Source of the DNA: an uncultured Gemmatimonadota bacterium
Lineage (GTDB): Bacteria; JAAXHH01
Direction of reading: 5' to 3'
Length of the DNA stretch: 64,000 nt
Assembly: GCA_951812955.1 (NCBI GenBank)
Contig: OX638340.1
Location: 1,152,001-1,216,000 of the forward strand
Positions 57,208 through 64,000 of the stretch are shown piece by piece. Each line of letters starts with the position of its first letter. Positions within the stretch are counted from its first letter, which is position 1. A program made the translations under genes and the position numbers. The notes beneath the pieces are model-generated. The model was not told the DNA's origin and did no database searches. It was given only the letters and a program-made list of their open reading frames with translations.

Positions 57208-60018
57208 TTGGCAAACGGACGAACATTGCTGCTGGCGGCGGTTTTATTCGTCGTACCGACCAACACCGGGACCTTCGCCCAGGACGCCGACAACCCGGAT
57301 TCCGTTCAGGTCGACTATGTCTTTGACGAACTGACGGTGACCGGGTCCCGGATCCGGGGCGAGGCGGAAGGCTCTACGGCCCCGGTAGTCATCCTGGCTC
57401 GCGAGGATATCCAGGCCAAGGGGCTCGCCTCCGTGGGGGACGTCCTCCAGTCGCTCACGATCCAATCCAACGCCACCAATACCCAGGCCAACTACAGCGG
57501 CGACGGGGCTACCCGTATCAGCCTCCGCGGCCTGGGCGCCCAGCGGACCCTGGTCCTGGTCAATGGCCGCAGGTTCGTACCCGGCGGCCTCGGCGCGGAC
57601 GCAGCAGTCGATCTCAACTCCCTCCCATCCACCGTCATCGAACGGATCGAGGTGCTCAAAGACGGAGCCTCCGCGGTCTACGGTTCCGACGCCGTGGGCG
57701 GTGTGGTCAACGTCATCACGCGTTCGGACCTGGACGGCGTGGAGTTCGAGTCCTACCAGGGCATATCGGGCGCCGGTGACGGCGTGGCCATCGACCTGGC
57801 CTTTACCGCGGGCCTCAGGCGAGACCGGGGCAATATCCTGTTCTCCGCCGGATACCATGACCAACGGCCGGTCTGGACCTACGAGCGCGGTTTCAGCGAA
57901 TCCGACAAGAACTACAACTGGGCGAAGAACGACGGGACCTTCACTACGAGCGGCAGCTCGGCGACGCCTGAGGGCCATATCGTCGACCAGTCGGGCGAGG
58001 CGGGCAATGCCTCGTGGCAAGTGATCAACGCCGCCGCTGGTGACGGCGCCGGGGATTTTCATCTGGATTCATCCACGGGCTGGCGTCCCTTCAGCTACGC
58101 GGGAAACTCCCTGGACGGCACCGGTGACCTGTACAACTACCAGCCCGAGAATTACATATTCACGCCACAAAAGAAATACACCACGTTCCTCAGCGGCACC
58201 CACCGGTTAAGCGACCGGCTGCGTCCGTTTTTCGAGGTGGTGTATACCAACCGGCAGTCCGAACAGAAGCTCGCGCCGACCCCGCTCTTCACCATCGAGG
58301 AAGGCACCACGGTGTCGGCGGGCAACCGGTACAACGAGTTCGGGCGGGACTTCGTGGATGTCCGCCGGCGTTTCGTGGAGGCCGGCAACCGCGTCTTCAA
58401 ACAGGACCTGAGCACATTTCGAATTGTACTGGGACTCAGGAGTCGACTGGCGAACTTCGACTCGAACGGGTTCTTTGCCTTCGGGCGCACATACGGAACC
58501 ACGGTCAACCGGGGCAGGTTCATCCGAAGCAACCTCATGAAGGCCCTGGGTCCGGACGAGGAGTGCACGGGAAGCTGCGTGCCGCTCGATATCCTGCACG
58601 GCGCCGGGACCATCACGCCGGAGATGCTGGCCTACATCCAGTACACCGGCGTGGCCCGGGGATACACGCAGCAGAAGATCCTGCAGTGGAACCTGGCGGG
58701 CGACCTGGCGGATCTGTCCCACGGACCGCTATCCGTTGCCGCGGGTGTTTCCTCGCGCTGGGAGTCCGGCGCCTATACGCCCGATCCGGTCACGGCCTCG
58801 GGCAACACGACCGGATTCCGATCCGAAGCGACCGAGGGAAGCTTCGCGGTACAGGCGTTGTATGGCGAGACCCGGCTGCCGGTTTACCACCGGAATGGCG
58901 TCGGATTCCACCTGACCGCGGCGGGGCGGGCGTTTCACTACGACACCTTCGGTTCCGGCCTGACCTATGAAACCGGGGCCAGTGTCGAGCTGCCAAGTGG
59001 GCTGGTCCTTCGCGCTACCTATTCCAATGCCTTCCGGGCCCCCAACATCGCCGAAATGTTTCTCGGCGCTAACGACGTGTTTCCCCTGGTGAGCGATCCA
59101 TGCAGTAGGATAGACGAAGGAGGCAATCCGCGTGTTTTGACTGCGCAGCAGCAGCGGAACTGCGCCGCCGCGGGCATCCCGTCCGGTTTCAGGGACTCCA
59201 GGGCCCAGCTTCGTGCCCGGGAAGGCGGGTCCACGGACCTCGATCCGGAAAAGGCGGGCATGATCACGGCAGGTATGAGCTTCCGCCCCGAGTTCGTGCC
59301 GGATCTCCGACTCAACCTGAACTACTACCGGAATCGCATCGAGGACGAGATCGGATCGCTCCCAGCGGGCGTCATCCTGAGCAATTGTTACTCGCAGGAC
59401 AGTCCTACGCATTGTGACCAGATCGTTCGGGATACCGGTACGAAGTTGATCTCCCACATTGTTCAGACCAATTCCAACGTCGGCGAGACCGAGACCGCGG
59501 GAATAGACATGGAGGCGTCGTACAACGCGAACACCTCATGGGGCATATTGTCGGCGCGGCTGGACTCCAACCTGCTGATCGAGTACGACCAGTTCCTGCC
59601 CTCGGCCGGCGGCACGGAAGTAATCAAGGCCAGGGGATACTACGACGTGGGCGTGTTCCCCCGGTGGCGCCATGCGGCCTCGATGGACCTGAAGTGGCGG
59701 CGCGCTTCGGCGGGTCTCACGTGGGAATACATCGGCGGTTTCGTGGAGTGCGAAGACAACGACTGCAAGGGGCTGTACCGTTCAGACGTCGTCGAAACGC
59801 CGGCCTACAGGGACGTGGAGTCCAACAGCGTGCTTGGTCTCCGGGGGACCTACAGGATTTTTACGAGGGCAGGCGGCACCGCACTGACGATGGGGGTGAA
59901 CAACGTACTCAACCATCCTCCCGCGGTGATATTCAACGGGCTGCTGGGCACTTCGGATTTCTCCACCTACGATTTCATGGGCAGGTATCTGTACTTGAGG
60001 ATTTCGCACTTTCTGTGA
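57208..60018 (+). CDS. TonB-dependent outer-membrane receptor (tandem paralog)
   Basis: Similar to the upstream receptor along its whole length. Confidence 0.85.
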   Translation: MANGRTLLLAAVLFVVPTNTGTFAQDADNPDSVQVDYVFDELTVTGSRIRGEAEGSTAPVVILAREDIQAKGLASVGDVLQSLTIQSNATNTQANYSGDGATRISLRGLGAQRTLVLVNGRRFVPGGLGADAAVDLNSLPSTVIERIEVLKDGASAVYGSDAVGGVVNVITRSDLDGVEFESYQGISGAGDGVAIDLAFTAGLRRDRGNILFSAGYHDQRPVWTYERGFSESDKNYNWAKNDGTFTTSGSSATPEGHIVDQSGEAGNASWQVINAAAGDGAGDFHLDSSTGWRPFSYAGNSLDGTGDLYNYQPENYIFTPQKKYTTFLSGTHRLSDRLRPFFEVVYTNRQSEQKLAPTPLFTIEEGTTVSAGNRYNEFGRDFVDVRRRFVEAGNRVFKQDLSTFRIVLGLRSRLANFDSNGFFAFGRTYGTTVNRGRFIRSNLMKALGPDEECTGSCVPLDILHGAGTITPEMLAYIQYTGVARGYTQQKILQWNLAGDLADLSHGPLSVAAGVSSRWESGAYTPDPVTASGNTTGFRSEATEGSFAVQALYGETRLPVYHRNGVGFHLTAAGRAFHYDTFGSGLTYETGASVELPSGLVLRATYSNAFRAPNIAEMFLGANDVFPLVSDPCSRIDEGGNPRVLTAQQQRNCAAAGIPSGFRDSRAQLRAREGGSTDLDPEKAGMITAGMSFRPEFVPDLRLNLNYYRNRIEDEIGSLPAGVILSNCYSQDSPTHCDQIVRDTGTKLISHIVQTNSNVGETETAGIDMEASYNANTSWGILSARLDSNLLIEYDQFLPSAGGTEVIKARGYYDVGVFPRWRHAASMDLKWRRASAGLTWEYIGGFVECEDNDCKGLYRSDVVETPAYRDVESNSVLGLRGTYRIFTRAGGTALTMGVNNVLNHPPAVIFNGLLGTSDFSTYDFMGRYLYLRISHFL

Positions 60019-60056
60019 GCGGCCGATCACCTTTGCTGGGGTTGAATTCCACTGCG

Positions 60057-61409
60057 TCAAGTGTGTGGATCTGTTTCGACCTGTCGGGAATCCACCTTGG
60101 TCTGATCAGTATCATCACTACTATCTATTGGTGGAGGCGGTGGAATCCACTTGCGCAAATTTTGTCCAACCCTGTCATAGAAGCCCGGTATTGCTTTCTC
60201 CAGCTGGTCTATAAAAGTCGACCTGCCTGAAAAACGACCTCCAGGATCAGTGATTATAGCAACTTCAAAATAAGTCAAGTTGACGTCTGGCTGGTCGATT
60301 TCAAGGCAGGCCGGATCGGCTTGTACTTTGGTTAGTACCGCCTGCGTGGATAGATTCCGCCTGGACCAGAAAGTACGAATAAAGATATCACTTGTCTTCG
60401 TGTCGGGTAGTTGCCGGAGAAGCCAGTTTATCTTGGATCGAGAACGCTTCCTGTCACCAGGAGCCTGCAGTCTCATCGAACACGAGATTGTTCTTCTTTG
60501 AAGATTTACAGCTACTTCCAAATCGCTGGCTGCATTGGGGATGTCAAAACCTGATCTCAGTTCGTAGGCGCCAACAAGATCATCGCAAGCTTCCTGAAAA
60601 CGTAGCGCCGTGTTACTACGATGTTTACGTGGCAGGCGGATGTCAACCCGTTTGCCAATCTGGCGAGTCAGAATCAAGCAGACGTCTCTTTCTTCCTGGT
60701 GCCAGCTCGCTACTGTGTATTCTACTTCCGGTGATGTTTTTTTAAAACTTTCTCCTCGTTTGATTCCCGAAACCAGGGATTGCCATTCTCGATTCATCTT
60801 ATCGAATCGTTTGACGCCGGAGTTGACATGTTCGAAATACCGCACCATTTCTTCCAGTATAAATCGCTGTTCCGGACTTAAGTCTTCACTGTCCTTCAGT
60901 GTCAGCATGGCTTGAGTGCGAATGCTTGTCCAGGAAATGTGGTAGAATTCGATTTTCCTGCTTAAAGGCTTTGGAATAGAGTATGGAATATGAGTTGGTA
61001 GTGGAACCAGTTGATTCGACAAAGTGATTACCGCATTGAGCCCGAAATTCTGCGCCGCCTTGCCATATCTCAAGACCTGATCACCATCAATCTCCGAATT
61101 GCCAACTTTCGCCTCGAAAAGGGCTGACCAACGGACTTTGCTACGATTCCTCAGAATCAACAGGCCATCCGGTCTGTCGTTCTGTTTGGCGTTTGGATTT
61201 GGCAAACTTACTTCTGTGAAACTGTCCACTATGGACATTTTCCCCACTCTGACACCGCAACTTTCCAGAAGGTTTGCGGTAAATGGTCGCACCGACCCTA
61301 AAACGGCCAGCAGAATGGATACCAATCGCATCTCCTGGCTGGATCTTGCCACGTTCGGGATCAATCTCGCACTGTTGGCCTTGTTCAGGACGTCATCCAG
61401 GGAACTCAT
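60057..61409 (-). CDS. Hypothetical protein with N-terminal PD-(D/E)xK-like nuclease motif, low-GC gene
   Basis: ...RPDGLLILRN...SALFEAKVG... fits D-(x)n-ExK. GC is about 47% versus about 63% in the flanks. Confidence 0.4.
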   Translation of the reverse strand: MSSLDDVLNKANSARLIPNVARSSQEMRLVSILLAVLGSVRPFTANLLESCGVRVGKMSIVDSFTEVSLPNPNAKQNDRPDGLLILRNRSKVRWSALFEAKVGNSEIDGDQVLRYGKAAQNFGLNAVITLSNQLVPLPTHIPYSIPKPLSRKIEFYHISWTSIRTQAMLTLKDSEDLSPEQRFILEEMVRYFEHVNSGVKRFDKMNREWQSLVSGIKRGESFKKTSPEVEYTVASWHQEERDVCLILTRQIGKRVDIRLPRKHRSNTALRFQEACDDLVGAYELRSGFDIPNAASDLEVAVNLQRRTISCSMRLQAPGDRKRSRSKINWLLRQLPDTKTSDIFIRTFWSRRNLSTQAVLTKVQADPACLEIDQPDVNLTYFEVAIITDPGGRFSGRSTFIDQLEKAIPGFYDRVGQNLRKWIPPPPPIDSSDDTDQTKVDSRQVETDPHT

Positions 61410-61506
61410 TCCGTCTCCTAGATTAAGCGGAATTACTATAGAGTTTACTTTGTATTGTAATTACACATCGATAAGATAATCCGCCTGTGGGTATATCCCA
61501 CAAATT

Positions 61507-62763
61507 TCAACCAAACTCAGGCCGGTCTTTCCTGTCGTCGTCTGTTTCCTTTGGTGTCGAAGGTGGTTCTTCTTCGCCGTTAACGGAGTCAGAGCCTGAG
61601 GATTCCTTTGCTTCTGATGTCGGTTTCTCGTCGGATTCGATTTTGGATCCGTCCCGATTCTCTTTATCATCCTTTTGATCAGGCTCCCTATCCTGGCTGG
61701 ACTCACCTCCGCTCTTTTCACGCCTGTTCGAATCAGTGCCCCCTTCGCCATCGTCGCCTACGTCGTTCTCGCCCGATTTCGCGTCATCCGCATCCGGCTC
61801 CTCCGAGTACCCCATCTCCGCGTCATAGTCGTAGATGAATTCGTCATCGTCAGGCCAGTAGTCGCGGCCGGTCCGTTGCCCGGTACCCGGAGACGACCCA
61901 CGCGGAAGCGTCGGTGTGTCGGGCTCGTCCGTAGTCAGCGCGGGTTGTTCCTCGTCCCCTCCATCGTCGCCTCCACCACCGTCATCGTCGCCATCATCCT
62001 CTTCTTCAGCCTCTTCCGCTTTCTTTCTACTCCTGCCGATCAGCGCGGCAATACCCATGCTGATGAAATACAGCACTACAAGGGGAATCGCTACCAGGGT
62101 CTGCGTGTAGGGATCTCCTGTGGGCGTGATTACGGCGGCCGCTATAAATATGACCACCAGGGCGATACGCCACACCCGCTTCAGCACACTGGCGTTCAGG
62201 ATGCGAAGCCAGGTCAGAAACGCAACCACCGCCGGCATCTGGAACACGATGCCCATGATCAGGACCATCTTGTTTACAAGTCCGACATAGAACCCGATAT
62301 CCCACTGGGGCTTTATGTCGGGGACATGCAGCTGAACAAAGAAGCGGACCATGACCGGGATCAGTACATAGAAAGCGAAGGCTGCGCCGGTGAGGAAAAG
62401 CACGCAGCAGAAGAAGATAACGATGGGGACATACTTCTTCTCTCTATCCAGCAGACCGGGTGATACGAATATCCACAAGTTATAAAGCACGTAGGGCAGT
62501 GCGAAGGCGAAGCCCAGCAGCAAAGAGATGTTCACCTTGGCCGTAAACATGCCGGCCGGCCGGATGGCCTGGATCTCGATCTCGGTCTTCAGGTTTTCCT
62601 GGAAGGTCGGAGAGAGGAGGAAATTGATGATGTAGTCGGCGAAGGTGAAGCAGAGGACCATGCCGACCAGAATGGCGAGTACGGATTTCAATATGGCCCG
62701 GCGAAGCTCTTCGAGATGTTCCAGAAAGGACATCTCGCCGCTGCGGCCTTTCGCTGGGGACAT
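61507..62763 (-). CDS. tatC: Twin-arginine translocase subunit TatC with ~170-aa acidic low-complexity C-terminal extension
   Basis: Six-TM TatC core (MSFLEHLEELRRAIL...). The tail is rich in D/E/G (EEAEEEDDGDDDGGGGDDGGDEE...). Confidence 0.8.
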   Translation of the reverse strand: MSPAKGRSGEMSFLEHLEELRRAILKSVLAILVGMVLCFTFADYIINFLLSPTFQENLKTEIEIQAIRPAGMFTAKVNISLLLGFAFALPYVLYNLWIFVSPGLLDREKKYVPIVIFFCCVLFLTGAAFAFYVLIPVMVRFFVQLHVPDIKPQWDIGFYVGLVNKMVLIMGIVFQMPAVVAFLTWLRILNASVLKRVWRIALVVIFIAAAVITPTGDPYTQTLVAIPLVVLYFISMGIAALIGRSRKKAEEAEEEDDGDDDGGGGDDGGDEEQPALTTDEPDTPTLPRGSSPGTGQRTGRDYWPDDDEFIYDYDAEMGYSEEPDADDAKSGENDVGDDGEGGTDSNRREKSGGESSQDREPDQKDDKENRDGSKIESDEKPTSEAKESSGSDSVNGEEEPPSTPKETDDDRKDRPEFG

Positions 62764-62992
62764 GACTGATCCTCTCGCCGGTTAGGAACTTACGATAACG
62801 CGCGGTAAGTAAGCCCGGACTGTGTTTCCTGTCAAGCAAATCCCCCGTATCCACCGCTTTCAATGGCCTTGACGAAGGTCCGGTCCGAACTTAGTTTAGT
62901 TGCGTGTTTGAAAGGGATTCCACACCGGCTGAAAAGGGTTGTTCGCATGGGGTTCCACCAGGTCCTGGACTCTCGCCGGGAGCCGTCGACGG

Positions 62993-64000
62993 ATGGATGA
63001 TAGCGGTTCGGTTAAAGGTGTCATTCTGACCGTGGAAGACGAGGCCGGTTCCGTCGGTTGGGATCCAGGCCCCTGTCTGCTCCTTCCCCTGGCTAACACG
63101 CCGTTAGTCGAAAGGGTGCTTGGAGAATACGCGCGGACCGGGATTCGGGAAACGCTCATCTCGGCCGGTCGGGACACCAGGGAGATCGCGTCGCTGTGTG
63201 GCGACGGCGCACGCTGGGACATGTCCCTGACGTACCGCGACCCTCAGGATGGCCAGGGCTGTATTGAAAAAAGCCATAACGAGCGCGTCCGGGAGTTGGC
63301 GGAATTCACGAAGAACGCGCCATTTCTGGTTACCCCCGGCCCCATACTGCTCGAATCGAAGGTCTACGAAAGCCTGATCCAGTCGTATAGCGAAACCCAT
63401 CCGCGTGGGATCCGAGCGGGGCGAAATGTCGGGAGCGTCGGGAGCGCCGGGAGCACACCTGGCAATGCCCATGAGTCCACTGGAATCTATCTGATGACGC
63501 CCCATGTCTACGATGCCCTGATTAGCGAAAACGCCGGTGACGATACACCGGACAATCTATTTGACGCGGCGCTGGAGGAGCTCGCCCGTCGCGGCGAAAC
63601 CGTGCTGGTTCTGGACCTCGACAATCGGCCTTACGGCGTAAGATCGCCCGAGGCTTTCCTGGAATCAAATGAAAGGCTTCTTGCATCGGTTGGCGAGGAG
63701 ACCACCTTGCCGGAGATCATGGATGACAACTTCTCATCACCCAATCTCGTGCTTCGTCAACCGTCATGTGTCGACGCCACGGCCGAACTCGAGCGTTGCC
63801 GCATCGGACCGGGCGTCTGTATCGGTCCGGGCGTCCGAATCGGACACGGCGCGGCCATAGAGCACAGCGTGATCATGGAGGGTGCGGACATCGGGGACGG
63901 CGCCTCGATCTCCCACGCGGTCATCGGCAGTCACGCCAGTATCGAGAACCGGTCCGTAATACATGGACGGGCGAACCGCGTGCGTGTCGTTCGGTCCAAA
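62993..64000 (+). CDS. Sugar-phosphate nucleotidyltransferase with C-terminal left-handed beta-helix (3'-truncated by window edge)
   Basis: GVILTVEDEAGSVGWDPGPCLLLPLANTPLV resembles the G1P nucleotidyltransferase N-terminus. Hexapeptide repeats (IGPGVCIGPGVRIGHGAAI) follow. A GGAG RBS precedes it. It is missing from the ORF track because it has no stop in the window. Confidence 0.6.
   Translation, partial: MDDSGSVKGVILTVEDEAGSVGWDPGPCLLLPLANTPLVERVLGEYARTGIRETLISAGRDTREIASLCGDGARWDMSLTYRDPQDGQGCIEKSHNERVRELAEFTKNAPFLVTPGPILLESKVYESLIQSYSETHPRGIRAGRNVGSVGSAGSTPGNAHESTGIYLMTPHVYDALISENAGDDTPDNLFDAALEELARRGETVLVLDLDNRPYGVRSPEAFLESNERLLASVGEETTLPEIMDDNFSSPNLVLRQPSCVDATAELERCRIGPGVCIGPGVRIGHGAAIEHSVIMEGADIGDGASISHAVIGSHASIENRSVIHGRANRVRVVRSK

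Noticed and set aside
56182-59457. Several 240-270-aa minus-strand ORFs inside the TonB-dependent receptor genes
   Set aside because: Antisense to well-supported TBDR genes.
61675-62463. 262-aa + strand ORF opposite tatC
   Set aside because: The TatC six-TM core is on the minus strand. The + ORF is antisense to the acidic tail (poly R/S/P product).

Overview
High-GC (~60-65%) bacterial chromosomal fragment. About 45 protein-coding genes are densely packed on both strands; no rRNA, tRNA or CRISPR arrays were recognised. The core content is housekeeping and metabolic: MutL, RecA, MutY, TatA, TatC, TsaC, threonine aldolase, alanine aminotransferase, a ClC channel, a glycerate kinase, a GlcD/GlcF-type FAD/Fe-S dehydrogenase, two phytanoyl-CoA-dioxygenase-family genes, a 2OG oxygenase, an AGCS symporter and two tandem TonB-dependent receptors.

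Three regions stand out.
(1) A tightly coupled pair inside a minus-strand operon (13764-21343): an ABC/AAA_21-type ATPase whose stop codon overlaps the start of a PurO-like (archaeal-type IMP cyclohydrolase-like) protein. I flag it as a candidate RADAR-like ATPase plus nucleotide-modifying-enzyme module.
(2) A ~10 kb lower-GC island (~23.0-33.5 kb) containing:
- a fused GAF-PAS histidine kinase / OmpR-type response regulator;
- a collagen-like serine-peptidase gene broken only by three in-frame stop codons;
- a collagen-like lipoprotein with a polyproline tract;
- IS3-family transposase remnants and a rhodanese remnant;
- a large lipoprotein combining Big_2 domains, plant-type LRRs and a matrixin-like HEIGHSFGLTHD metalloprotease domain.
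(3) A low-GC orphan gene (60057-61409) with a PD-(D/E)xK-like motif next to a TatC that carries a long acidic tail.

Several tandem-repeat or palindromic non-coding elements are also noted. All family assignments come from motif reading by eye, with no database search.
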